From: Nageia nagi
Taxonomy: Eukaryota > Plantae > Pinophyta
Reading direction: 5' to 3'
DNA length: 64,000 nucleotides
Assembly: GCA_050084985.1 (NCBI GenBank)
Contig: JBITNC010000001.1
Coordinates: 145,452,001-145,516,000, forward strand
In this document: positions 39,200 through 53,200 of the stretch, piece after piece
Position numbering within the stretch: the stretch's first letter is position 1
How the letters are laid out: the number at the start of each line of letters is the position of its first letter
Made by a program: the position numbers and the translations under genes
Notes under the pieces: model-generated
Database searches by the model: none
Told to the model about the DNA's origin: nothing
The model's input: the letters and a program-made list of their open reading frames with translations, nothing else

Positions 39200-39900
39200 T
39201 TTATTTATTTATTTATTTAAACTTCCAAGTACCTATCTAGATTAGATACTTTTCTTTCTTAATGAGTTTTTCAATCATATGTGACAACTTCTACATTGCA
39301 TTATGGTAATGAAGAATTCATGAATGCACCTTTAAGATCTTCTTTATTAACAATAATAATATTGACCATTTTTATCTATTCTTTAATAACTTGGATATCA
39401 TATATGGATCATTTATATATATTCCATTGTTTTTTCTTGATATTTCTTGATATATCTTAAGATCTTAGGAACCATCATACTTTGTAAATTTGATATTCCA
39501 TTTTCCAATCAAGATTCTTTTATCTATTCTTGAAAATAATTGCCTATTCAGGATTATAAAATCATAATTATTTATAAATGGAATTTTCTATTTCATCTCT
39601 TTAACTTCCTCTTCTAATTTTGAAATATTTTTTGAATATGCTTGAGATTATTGGTGAAATTGATTTGATTTCTTTAGTTGTTGGGATTGATTTCATTGTT
39701 TTTAATGTTGTTCTTGATGATGATGTTCATGATTTGCTTGTTCTTATTGTACTATTTCTTGTAGTTTTAATCTTGTTTGAGCTACTCTTTGATTTGGTTG
39801 TATCATCCATGTTTTCTCTGTCTTTATCAATTTCAAAGATTTATTATTCATCATCCTTGGAAATGTTTGGTATATAGATTGTAAGAATATATAATAAATA
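39200..39900 (-). pseudogene. Third, more decayed gag fragment of the B/C type (element F, ends unresolved)
   Basis: Minus strand at about 39410-39530 reads IDKRILIGKWNIKFTKYDGS*DLKIY...QEKTMEYI, matching gag of B and C. Confidence 0.7.
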
Positions 39901-41556
39901 ACCCAAACATTTTGGAGCAAGATGATAGGTTTTTGTGAGGATGGCTAAGTGATAAAGGAAGACTTGTTCTGAATTTTATCAAGATAAAAAATGATATTAT
40001 TGTTATCATAGACAACAAGAATACTATCGTTGTCATATCTGGTAAGGTATGATAAATTAGGTAGATCAGGTGGTACTCATATAGAAAGAGGATAAATTGA
40101 ATATGAAAAAGAATTTAAATGATGTGCTTTTTTCAAATAATTGCTTTTCATAAATTATCCAAGTGTAAGATGTTTCTTTTTCTTGTATGAGATAGACTGC
40201 ATGGTGAACAATTGGATCTAAAATAAAATGTCAAAACCTAGGTATATCACTCAACATGAATTCCCTTAACGATATAGCATGAGTTGGTATGATATTTAAA
40301 TTTGGTTGAGCATTATATTAAATAATTTATGTATTCTATTGTACTTATTCTTAATAGTTTTCTTCATGTTTTGATTTATCTACTTTATTTCATATCTACT
40401 TTAGTGTAATTTAAATAGATTTAGGAATGAAATTTAGATTTTTAAAATATTTTTCATAAGGAGTTTTGTGAAAGAATAGGATATTTTTCATTTTAGTATT
40501 TTTAACCATTAAAAAATAAAAATTCAAGCATTGGAATTTTAGTTTTCTTGGGGCCTCACATATCCCTAAGCATTGACACTTGGATAAAAGTTCCCCAAGT
40601 CTGGGTACTTGGGCTCTATACATAAAATAACCCATTTATCATAAGAAAGAGATTGCTACCAAAAAATCCCTCAATCCTATAGTCATATGTGATCTACAAT
40701 CACTAAGAAGAGATATTGACATACCCAAATTAGGTTGTATGGGCAATATGGCAATGAAGGTCAACATGCATGTATAATGATTATTACCACAAATAATGCA
40801 ATAATATTCACTCATGTTATTGAAGTCTATGTTGTTAGTGTTTCTTCCTAAGTGCTTTTGGTATAGACTCATAAATTCATAGGATAATCTAACATTTTGT
40901 ATATCAGGAACCTATTCTATTGGTTACATCACATGCATTTTAAGATGGAAAAACCTTTTCCCCCATGATGACCATAAAATCAAGACCTTAATATGAGCCT
41001 ACCATGATCCATCAAGACCTTAATATGCAAAATTTTCTTATAATAAGAAAATGAGAACAAACCTTGGACATGATATGTGGGACATCATTGGTAGATTTTG
41101 GGTAATGTTGTTGAATTTTGAACATTGTTGGCAAAGTTTTGACATCATTGGTAGTACATGGTAATTTTTATATGCATGATTTTTTAGTTTCCTTTTTAAA
41201 ATCTTAGATATACTTTATTTTGCTAATAAATTATATGTTTTATCAATATTTTTAAGAATCAGGTAACCTTCGTTTGCTGCTGTCCATGGTCTAACTCTTG
41301 GTAGTGGGATTCAAATTGCAATGGTTGATATATATTAATTTTTTATTATTTATTGATATTTCAAATACAATGAACATAATAAGGCCTGATATTGTTTTCT
41401 TATTATAGGCAGATCAATAGTTTGTACATCGATGTAATGAAGGAACATGGAATGCTCATAGGAAGGGTGGAAAGTTACAATTCTATTACACTAATCCAAT
41501 GTTTATGGTGTTTATAGGGGAAAACATTTAGCCAACATAATTTTTTGAATGATTAT

Positions 41557-42279
41557 TGTAGATGCCTAAAAATGATTTATTATTTATTTAATAAATCATA
41601 TTTAGACTCATTAAATGATTAATTGGCAATAATACATAAATCAAGATAAAGTGCACTATTACATTGCAATACCATGTACTAGGACTAATGTAATGTCATA
41701 CACCATGGTTCATATTTTTAATTATCTTGAATATAGAAAAGAATATTGTTATTGCTATGTGTCAGATTTCACTCCTTTTTATTTCATTGCAAGTTATAAA
41801 TACATGAGGTGAAGGTTGACATCCCTATTGGATCTCTTTGATAGGTGGTTGTCCCAAACATCAAACTTATGGTGTCTCTTGATGCCACCAATCTTGAGAA
41901 ATTTTTTATACTCTCCAAGCTTTGTTATCTCTCCTTTGTGCATGACATGAATTATCAAATTCCATGTAGCCAATGACATACCATTGCCATGCAATTAGCT
42001 ATGTACCCCTTTTAGATCAAGAGGTCCAAATTTTAGGGAATGACTCATGGTTCCATTCTAGATAATATTTATTACGAGCTCATAGTAATCCTCCAAAGAT
42101 TCATTGTTGTTCTACTTTGAGGATTGTATACAAACTGGCTACTTTCTCTACTTAATTTTAGGTTCATGCATTTCATGTATATTCACTATATATTTGATAT
42201 AGAGCTTATCATTGTATTGGTAGACCAATTTATTTATTTGTGTATTTATTTATTAATTAAATATTTTTTTTGGTCTAAA
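41557..42279 (+). repeat. 5' LTR of element C
   Basis: Colinear with 49482-50213 (roughly 88-90% by eye). Confidence 0.93.
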
Positions 42280-42433
42280 TTTTGGGAACTTGACATTCTT
42301 ATACACCTAGGGCATCCTTTTTGACAAGTCATGAATCCATTTTCACTACTATTCGTCCCTCTACTTGAAACTCTTTGAATAGTACTTAGAGAAAATGATA
42401 AAACTAGGGTTTGTTTTATCTATGTTTTAAAAA

Positions 42434-44500
42434 ATGGATTTAAATGTAGAACAACCAAAGGTATCTAAAGGGAAGGTTAATTTCAATGATTCTAAATCTA
42501 CAAGTTCTAGTAAGAAAATGGATATTATCAATGAAACTCCTCATAGATTTGATATAAAATATTGATCATTCAGAATTTGAGAATGTAAGCTTGAATAGTC
42601 ATGATGATACTTTCAATAGTAGTGCTGAAATTGAAGAATTAAATAAAATTCCTAATCATGTTAGATCTATATAGGAATTGCTATCTAATAGAGAAAGGTT
42701 GGAATATTTTTTTACTCGTAATGCTAAAACTATTATTGATATTCTAACAAATTATGAGCTATTAGAAGAAAAAATTGTAGCTTCATAATTATCGGATAGT
42801 TTTTTTTCTTATAAGCATGTAGGTTAAAGAAGATGAAGGGTTTCTACTATCAATATGGATATTGCTAATGGTGTGTCATCCTATGAATACTCCACCACCA
42901 ACATAAATGAAGTTGAGATAGAACCTCCTCCTAAAGGAAACGATGATGTTTCAAATCCCCCTAAGTGAAGTATCTATTGAGAACGATGGAGAGAAAAGTG
43001 AAGATGAAGATTATGACTACCTAATTCTCAAGCCTGATCACTTTAAAAAAGTTACGCTTTCTAAACATAAGGATATTATCCAATATGATGATCATGATGC
43101 TTAGCTTCAAATACAAGTTATAAATTTTCTTAATGATGCTTATAAGAAAAAACTTGATTGATCATTAGAATATTATAATATTAAAATTGAGTTCCTTCAT
43201 AATATTTAGGACACTATCCCCTTTCATTTGGAGCCTTATACACAATAATTAGAGTTTGTGATGAACTTGCTTGATAAATTGGAACATGAAAGAGTAAATA
43301 GAATTGGACCTTTTTTTATGCTTAAATATAATGAGCTTAGAAATACAAAGGTTACACATAAAATCCCTCCACCATCCCAAATAGATACTATACCTATGGT
43401 TTCAAACCCAGTTGAGGAAATGATAAAGAATTAAGAAATGGAATTGCTTAATGATGACATGGATGATTTCTTATTTTATTTAAAATGTCCTTTGGATGAT
43501 AGAATTATTTCTAAAGTGTTTAATGGGAAAAAGAGTATTAAATTTATAAAGTTTGATGGTTTACAAGATCCTAGGATGCATGTTTGAAAATTTCAAGAAG
43601 AAGCTATGGAATATATGCATGATAGAGATTTGCTTGTTAAATTATTTTCACATAGTTTGAAAGATGATGCTTTGAAATGGTATTTTCTCCTTCTTGAAAA
43701 GAGTATTGATATATATGTGGATCTTATTTTTCAATTTTTGCAAAACTTTAAATACAATATTGCTAAAAAGGTTTGTTTAAAGTTTTGTGTAAGATTAAGC
43801 AATTGCCTAATCAATCTTTGGATGATTTTGTAAAAAAATGTAAACAAATTGCTAATAAGATTACAATGCCTAAATAAGATTTGAAAGATACATTTTCTAA
43901 TGCATTATTTCCTATGTATAAGCTATTGGTTATCTCTAATTGTGATATGACATAGGGAGCGATGATGAATGTTTTGTTTAGAAAAAAGGCTTGTATTAAA
44001 AAATTATATGCTATGCGTAGTAACAAACCTCAAACATATGATAAGAAGGTAAAGACTCCTAAAATAAATAAGAAATATGAAGTGAATAATGTTGATAATA
44101 ACAATAGTAAAACTCAAACATATAATAAGAAAACTATTGAAAGAAATAATAAACCTTAAAGGAAATTTACAAAATCAACTAATATTACTGATAATATTCT
44201 TAATGTATTGTTGAAAGAAGAACTTATCAAGCTTCCACCTATTGTTAAGCCTAAGTTCCCTAATGGTGTGCCTAAAATTATTTAATATGAGGAATTTTGC
44301 AATTATCACAAGGTACCTGGACATCTAATAAGAAATTGTAGGACTTTAAGACATTCAAGATTTCATTGACAAGAAAGCAATCAGGATGGATGAAAACACT
44401 AATGTAGATGATGGACCTATGTACCTTAATAATGAAAAATTAAGGGTTTTCACAAATCTCTTACCTCCTTCATAACCAAGAGGTTGCATTGGAATGGTAA
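42434..44500 (+). pseudogene. gag of element C
   Basis: KFIKFDGLQDPRMHV*KFQEEAMEYMHDRDLLVKLFSHSLKDDALKWYF; FCNYHKVPGHLIRNC at about 44296-44340; homologous to gag of B. Confidence 0.9.
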
Positions 44501-45387
44501 CTACTTCACATGGTTTGAATTAGTATTTCACTCATAAACATGGATGCAGAAATAATAACTCAAAGAACAATAGACAAGACATGAAAGTAAACATCACTAA
44601 TGACATGCAACACTATTCATACATTACCCACAATGTAGAAAAAGAAAAACAAAGGTACCTCTCTTCATTCTTGCCTCTACAAAATGTATCTAGGTCGTAA
44701 AAAACCCCTAGGTATGCAAAATTATTGCTTAAAATATAAAAATTGCATCTGTAGTGTATATTAGGTAGGATGTTTTTCTATCCAGACATTATGAATTATT
44801 GTTCATTATATGCATGGGTTTATTGATTTATTCATTTCATGATAAATTATGCTTTCACTATTTTTGCAAATTTATGTTCTTTGACTTGAAACTCATACCA
44901 CTGGTAGCATTCCACCTATTTTTAGGCTATTAATGGTGTGCATTTCTCAAAATAGAATAAAAATAAATAGTATTTCATTAATGCGTTCCATATTTTTGAC
45001 TCATTAAAATGATGAAAATGTAAATTTAATGTTGTTAACTAGAAAAAACTTGATTTTGTTTATTATTTTCTCATTTGGTACCTTGGAACCTAGCTAGGAG
45101 GTTCACTTATTCCTTTCATTATTGATTAAGCATTTTAAATATTTAACTATGAGATATTATCTGAACATATATTGAAGTATCTTATTTGAATTCATTAAAT
45201 TTTAAGCATTGCCTATAAGACCTTTTAGTGATGGGTTCATTGCTTATTATTAAAAATTATACTTTGTGAGCTTAACATATTTAATCCAAACACATTGTAC
45301 AACAATAAAACTAAACCATTCACATTCATTCATAAAGCAAATAAAATAAACCAAACATAATTTAACACAAGATTGAGCCAAAAAGAT

Positions 45388-45413
45388 AATATATATATAT
45401 ATATATATATATA
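45388..45413. repeat. (AT)n microsatellite
   Basis: Directly visible. Confidence 0.95.
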
Positions 45414-45439
45414 TCAAAAGTGAATCATATAATGTACAA

Positions 45440-47490
45440 AATGGGGTGACTCCAAGTCCATAGCCTAGCTACTAATAAGCATTGCTTCCACTGCTAACTG
45501 TATCTCCCATCCTTGACCTAACTTGATGGCTACTATTGTTGGCTTTTGATAATGACACTCCACCTAAAATAGCACTAGTGTTGATCCCTTGAGCTGACAT
45601 AAGAGCCTTCGCTCTCTCATATTTCTCTCAAAGGGTAGATATCTCTCCCTCCTTGTGATCAATCTAGTCCATGAGGCTTTATATAAAAGCCCACTTTTTA
45701 TTGGTTGGAGGCATATCCACCCTCTCCTATAACCTCTTCATAGATTTCTCTAATGAAGCAATTTATACATCCTAATCTGTAAGTGTGGCCTTAAAGCTAC
45801 CACCTATTCCTTGAGAAGCTTAAGCCTCTCATTCTCTACCTAGATGATCACCATCCATGCCTTCATCTCTCCTTTAAATAATATGTGCATTGTTAGTTTG
45901 CTAATAATATATTAATTTATAAAATTATGTACGTGGTTAGTCTTTTTACTTAGTACTGTAGTCTCAGCTAGCACAAGCAACTCTAATGCTACTCCTCCCT
46001 TTTGCATAGGAATATCATGCATCAGATTATTGATCTAAAAGGGTCATCCTTGAAGGACACCTTGATTATTGTAACCTCCTTCTCCTCCCCATCCTTTTCC
46101 ATCCCTAAATCTATGGGATAGAGTCCATGCCACCATGTGGCATACCCTCAACCTACTGTTGGCACCATGGATACATCAACCACCACATCATGTGCTCTTG
46201 GTTCCTCCCATGTGACCCTCTAGGCCAAGATCACTTGTGACCCCGTATGCATGTTTCTCTCCACTATGTATTGGTGGTAGTAAGCCAAAACTAGTGGGAT
46301 TCATTGTTGGATCCCAAACTATCTAAGCACATGATGGGGGTGTTATGGATCCATCACCATCCTCCTAGTCTATAGAAAGTACTCCTAATGAACCCAAGTA
46401 ATATGATGGACATCATCATCCCATATAAAATTGGCATAGGATATCCATACTAGGTCCTCCTCATGTAGGCCTTCAATCTCTCTCCTCCTTGCCTCTAAGG
46501 AGTGGGGGTATCTGTATCCTCTTACCCTTGATACCCAACATGTTAGGGAAATATCTCTTAGGTCCTCTTGAACCCTCTATAGCCCAATTGACCTAATAAC
46601 TACAATCTTCTTGTAGGTCCAAACTTGGAGAAGACCCGCATGTGCAACTATAACATTGAACTTGTCAACACTCAAAAAATTGTATAGATTATTCCTATAC
46701 AGCATGCCAAGACTAATGGAACCCATGCAAATTATGTTTCCCTCACACACATCTCTTGAACCATACAAACTAATCCAAACAGGAAGGATGAGCTTCTTTT
46801 ATTTGAAAATAGATATATCAAGATAATCATAGCAATAGAGTCATAGGTGTCTTCTTAGTTGTGCAAATTGGCATACCTATGGTAGCCTTGCTTCTTGATG
46901 ATCATAATCATGGTTAGCCTCACCAATTAGCCACAATGCTAACTAATCTTGGGTGTTGTTATCTTCCATGTCCATTTGGTGAACCAATCTCCCTCTGATA
47001 GGCATACCCCATATCCGATATATGTCTAGCAATGTGACTTTCATTTCACCTAGGGGAAGGTGAAATGAGTTGCAATTGGGATCCCAATGATTTGTTAGCA
47101 ATGTCAAGAATGGAAAATATTATTGGATATGTTTGGAAATTGCCAAGTATACTAGCCCACATCGAGTAGGGATGTCATCCTCTTGGTTTTATCATTTCCA
47201 AGTCTATGCCTTCTCTAACATTGTTGTGGACATGGGCTCACTTGTAATCAAAACCTTACATTCTTGCAAGGACCAAAATGTATGTATTAAAAATCATATT
47301 TCAAGATTGGAATACCATGCAATTGTAGAATTGAACACAAATTTAAATCAAATTAAGATATTAAAAACCAAATATTTCAACAACATACCATATGGTTAAA
47401 CAAAAGTGTGCAAATATATTCTATAATATGTCCCTTCCCTTCGGTTACGGTATGCCTGATGGTTCTCCAATCAGCATCCACAATGGAATG
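45440..47490 (-). pseudogene. Antisense Plant Mobile Domain (aminotransferase-like PMD) gene in C, with two candidate introns, decayed
   Basis: LTNHWDPNCNSFHLPLGEMKVTLLDIYRIWGMPIRG (about 46990-47100), FAWVPLVLA and GLLQVWTYKKI match the PMD consensus. Candidate GT-AG introns at 47388-47263 and 45949-45872. Confidence 0.85.
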
Positions 47491-49481
47491 GGAAAATAGG
47501 TAAACAAATTGGTTAATAGGAAAATCATGTGATCAAAGGCTTGGGGAGCATCAAATGAAGATGCACAACCTGCCAAGGTCAATAAGCTACCGACTAATAG
47601 GGAGATAGGTTGCTAGAGTGCCAAAAAAGATAGATATAAAAAGTTAAATTGAACATAAAAGTTAACTTATTCCTTTTATATCCCTCCTTTTCCATTTAAA
47701 CCCTAGGGCTACATAATGTTGTCTCTATAGCACATGAAACTATTATTTGGAGTGTGCTTATTACTTAAGAATATTTTATAGTGCAATGATTTCTTTTTCA
47801 AAAATCAATTTTGTTGCTTTTACATTGCCAATGACATTATTTTCTTGAAATTGGTCATCCATCTAACATCTATCGCTTTCAAATGGTAAAAATATATATT
47901 TTATTTCTTCACATTGAATATACACTTATTTGTTATTCTTCTACATTTTTTACATTTATTTGTATTAAATAAATGTCGCCAATGCCATGGATTTAGTTGA
48001 ATTGCTAAAGATTTCAAAGGCTCTACTTTAATTTTCATTATCATATATTTTATTAAATAATTGTCTTGAATATTGGATCATTAAAATTGTTATAATTTTA
48101 TTTCTAAAGATCAGATTGCTTAGAATTATCTGCCAAATTTACATCTATGAAATTATGCATGTTTTATGCTTGCCACATACTTGAAAATCCATGTTTCATT
48201 GCTAACTGGATGTGCCATTTTTCTTGAATATTAAATCATCCATTAAAGTGCTGCTAGTAACATGGAAAAGACATAATTAAGTGTGCTTTCAAATGATTGC
48301 TATGATTATATGGTATTACAAGTTCAAAATGTTGAAGTATTTGATTTTATAAATATTTTGTGAACAAATTGTTACATAGTCAAATATTTCTAATTCATGA
48401 TGTATCTTGAAAATTTTATGAAAAATGGAAATGACATTTCAAATTTGAAATTATGCAAAATGATGTGGATGTTCATCAATTGAATACATTTTAAATTTCT
48501 ACATTGAATATGGAAAAATGTACACTGCCAGTGGCATGCAATTGCTATAAATATTTTACAAATGAGGCATGCTAAAATTTTATTTAATATTTTCTCATTG
48601 TGATGAATTATTCATGCATATGTAATATTTCATGGATAAGGATCAAAATTGTTGAAGATATGATTATAAAATTTTAGGAATACCACACTACCAATGATGT
48701 GTATTCACTCTAAAAATTTATGCAAATTGAAGTATTGAAATGCAAGGCCATTGAATGTTTGAATATTTCATACATTTATGAAAATTGAATGCTATTATTC
48801 ATTGTTATACTAACAAATATTTTCAAATCCATGGTCACTCCATGAGTAACATATCTTATCACTTGTAAGATTATTTCAAGATTGAGTCATTAAAAGTTCT
48901 CATCAACTTGATAATCATCATTGTTCCAAGCTTGATTCATTAAAAGTTCTTATTAGCTTGGTATTTATAGACTATGAATTTTCTATCATAGTAGTCTATA
49001 CATGATGGATATTACAAGTTTGGGACATTAAAGAGGAACTTATGTGCTTGCTCTTCATAGACTATGAGTTGTCTGTCATAGTAGTCTATATATCATGGTT
49101 AATAACACTATGAGTTGCATCAGCCATAGTGACACAATGCATATTATATTTATTTCATCCTTGCTATTTACATTATTTATTATTTTATGGACATGATCTA
49201 TGCAGTTACATGTTGCTTTATTATATAGATATTGATTGGGTGAGTAGGATTGGTATAGATTGCTTACCTCAAAAAGAGACTCTATTTTTTGGTTTACTTA
49301 CCTTATGCAAAATGAGCTAGGGGAAACCAAGAACAAAATGGGGCAAAAAACACACCATAGTTGATATATTGATTGAAACAAAGAAGTTTGCTTTACTATT
49401 GAAACTTTTCTTCTCTTCTCTAAACTTCTTTGGACTATGCAATTTCAATGCTTTGCATTACATATCCAAAGAGGGGTGAAA

Positions 49482-50213
49482 TGTAGATGCCTAAAAATGA
49501 TTTATTATTTATTTAATAAATCATATTTAGACTCATTAATTGATTAATTAGCAATAATACATAAATCAAGATAAAGTGCACTATTATATTGCAATACCAT
49601 GTACTAGGACTAATGTAATATCATATACCATGGTTCATATTTTTAATTATCTTGAATATAGAAACAAATATTATTATTGCTATGAGTCAGCTTTCACTCC
49701 TTTTTATTTTGTTTCAAGTTATAAATATAGGAGGTGAAGGTTGACATCCCTATCAAATCTCTTTGATAGGTGGTTGTCCCAAACATCAAACTTACAGTGT
49801 CTCTTGATTCCACCTATATTGAGAAATTTGTTATACTCTTCAAGCTCTATTATCTCTCCTTTACACATGACATGAATCATCAAATTCCATGCAACCAACA
49901 ATGTACCATTGCCACCCAACCAATGGTGTGCACCCTTTAGATCAAGAGGTATAGATTTCAAGGAACAAATCGTGGTTCCATTCTAGAGAATATTTATTGT
50001 GAGCTTATCTTAAGTCCTATCACAATCCTTTGAAGATTCATTGTTGTTCTACTTTAAGGATTGTACACAAATTGACTACTTACTCCACTCTATATCAGGT
50101 TCTAAGTTTCATGTATATTCATTGTATATCTGATATAGAGCTTATCATTGTATAAATCATTATATTCATAAACCAATTTATTTATTAATTACACATTTAT
50201 TTTTGGGTCTACA
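49482..50213 (+). repeat. 3' LTR of element C
   Basis: TGTAGATGCC...GGGTCTACA. Confidence 0.93.
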
Positions 50214-53200
50214 GTTATATAAAGGTCATCCATATCGAAATAATTTACCATATGTTGAGTATTTGGAAAAAGAAAGTTTAGTAAATTCTTATGTTAAAGT
50301 AAAATATGCAAAGCAAAGGGAGGACATCAATAAGGTTCTTATTGTACAATCAAGGAATTATTGAAGGTATTTTCAAAATAAATATTCTAGCAAAGGGTCA
50401 TATTTTATCAAAGGAAAAGAAAAAATACACTGATAAGAAAATGGAGGAGTATGGCAATGTAGAGAACCAAAAAAATATGCAAAAGCTCATATTAAAAAAG
50501 AGGCCATAAAGAGGCAATGTAGATAAAGCACCCTAGTTGAAGAAGGCACTCGACATCAAGATGAAGGTGGATAGGGAGATAAACAAGCATGATAAAGGTA
50601 CTATATTATTTTAAATTTTGGTATGGTTTGAGTTAAAAATTAATAGGGAAACTATTTTATAATATCTTGCATTGTTTATCTTATTTTCATGCATCTAAAA
50701 ATAAAAATATTCCTAACAACATAGTTGAAACAAAAATCACTTCTTCTTCATTGAATTTAGATGATACTCAATTGATGCTACATGCTTATGAATCCTAGTA
50801 AGAAAAAGAGGTATGGAATGTTAAATATATATTTTTAAAAATTAATTCATTAGCAAATATGACTTATTTCAATTTTTTTTCCATGATCAAATTCATTCAT
50901 ATTATCTTTTCTCCCATGTAGGCATAGGCACAAGGGACAAAAAAAAAATTGAAGAACAAAAATTTGAATATATGCAAGGAAAATTCATTATACAAGATGA
51001 TGACATGAACACATAGGTGAGGTAGTGATTCTCAATAGTGTTTTAGCTTGCCAATAAATATTGCTTAAAAATATCCATGATTTTGATAGTCTTTTCTTGT
51101 TTGTTAACATCTATCATTTTTTTCACATTGCTCTTCACTTTTCTCCTATTCAAACACAAGGGAAAATAAAAGAAAATCTTATGTAAGTGGGAAAAGAGGT
51201 GATCCTATAGGATATAGATGGAAAAAATATTGGGAAGGGGACTATTCACAACATTGATCAAAATATCATTTTCTATTATAAAAGGATTAGTGAGGGTAAT
51301 GTTTCTTTACAAAATGACTCACTCTTATTAAGAATATGTTGAGATCCCATACCCTAGATATGGCATATATTCTTTAGGATATGCTATATAAAGCTTTATC
51401 ATATAGCCTATCAAACTCATGACTCATGTATGTATATATACCAATTTTAATTTTTGTATTCTTAAATTGTGTTCATTTTAAATCCTTCTAGGCATGAGAT
51501 GTTTATAGTCAAGAGGATGTAAGCAATGATGCCAACCAAGATTTAAACATTACGAATCTATAACAATAACAAATTTTATTATTCTTCAACTGAGTTTAGT
51601 TTAAATTATTATTTGGATATTTTGAAGTTTCTCACTGGTAGGAGAAACTCCTAGTCGATAGGAAGAAACCAGTGATGTCAACCAAAAGGTAAACATTATA
51701 CTCATTTAGATTTAGATCTCTAAAACTTAATCAATACACAAATAGATCATAATACTTTACTAAATGATTTTATGTATTTTGTATTGCAAGTTTTTTGAAG
51801 AACTATCAATCTCTTTTTTCTAATTCGTTGAAACATGAACAACACATGTACATTGGTCTTATATATATTTCAATAGGGGTAAAATATAAACACTTATACT
51901 TTTTAACTAGATGCCTTAATTTTTTTCTTTAAGAGAGTCAAAATTTTGTAATTGGGGGTTAGATATGAACAAAAATTGAAATAAAAGATAATTTTTTTAT
52001 TCTATATACCCTCATATCAGAGTCTAACATAGACTAGTGCAATCAAAAGCTTGGAGTGACCAAATGCATATAGTTGTATCGCACTAGTTGTTGGTTAGTG
52101 GTTGCTAGAAAACCTAACAAAAGTGCCATAAAAAAACTATTCTATATAATTTAATAAAAAGGATATATAGTATATAAAAAGATGTACATAATGAAACTTA
52201 AAAAGAATTACCCTAATGGCCAACTTGATTTGAAAATAGTTGTTCAAAAAATCAAACTTCATATACAATTGGATGAGATACCTACATATTTTTTTGTTAT
52301 CGAAGTATTTGCAAACTATTGATAAATTTTAATACATTAGAGAGTTTGCATTATTTTAGTATGACATAATTGCATGTGAATCAATAATCTACATAATCTC
52401 TTGGAATGAGCATTTTTTTTGCTTTCAAAATAGATGAAGATTGTTATTTTTTAATTGACACAATAAAAAATAGACTAAAAGAATAAGGTTGTTTTTTATT
52501 AGAACCCATGGGTAAATTTGATATTAATCATAAAAGAAAACCAAGTTTTGAAAGGACATCAAAAACCTTTTGCATATAAAATGAAGCACTATGAAATAAT
52601 TTACCTCAATCATAAATAAAAAAGGGTATAGTAGTATTTTGCAACAAAATAATCTAAAGTACATATTAAATAGACCAAAAGATATAGGATTATGAGATAG
52701 TAGTAAGTCTATCGGGTCCTCAAAAATTTAATTTAAAATAAAACAAAGCTATGTGTGTAAATAACCTTAATCTCATTTTTCATGGTTAGCTGTATAACTC
52801 TTCAAAAAAAAATCTCATTCCCTTGATTGCTATTGTTGGTACAGATATAAGAGTATTCTTGATCTTGATCTTCCTCCCTTTGATTAGTGAAAATCATCCT
52901 TAATTTGTAGTGCCCCCAATAGGTTGTTTTATCTGTTGGAGTGACATAGCTTTGAAATATATCCCTATGTTGAACTCATGCCTAACAGTATGTCATACTC
53001 TATTGAAGGTCTAGTACCAATAGTCCCTAGTTTTCCTCTCATCTAGCTGGAAGATATCCTCATCAAATTTCATCTTCAACTTCCAATAGTTGTTTTTATA
53101 GAACTTGATGTAGATCTTTCTCCACATTTTTCTCTTATGAGTCAGCCACTTCTTCTGAGCTTCTATTCTCTACATGTAGTGATATATGGGTAGGGATTCA

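Larger units (their letters stand above)
41557..50213 (+). mobile_element. Element C: pol-less LTR retrotransposon with gag and an antisense PMD gene
   Basis: LTRs at 41557-42279 and 49482-50213 (TGTAGATGCC...TCTACA); flanks ATTAT/GTTAT; decayed PBS at 42283; PPT aaagaggggtgaaa at 49468-49481. Confidence 0.92.

Noticed and set aside
41794-41994. Similar ORFs at 41794-41994 and 49719-49961 suggesting a duplicated gene
   Set aside because: Both lie within the two LTRs of C, so the similarity reflects LTR identity.
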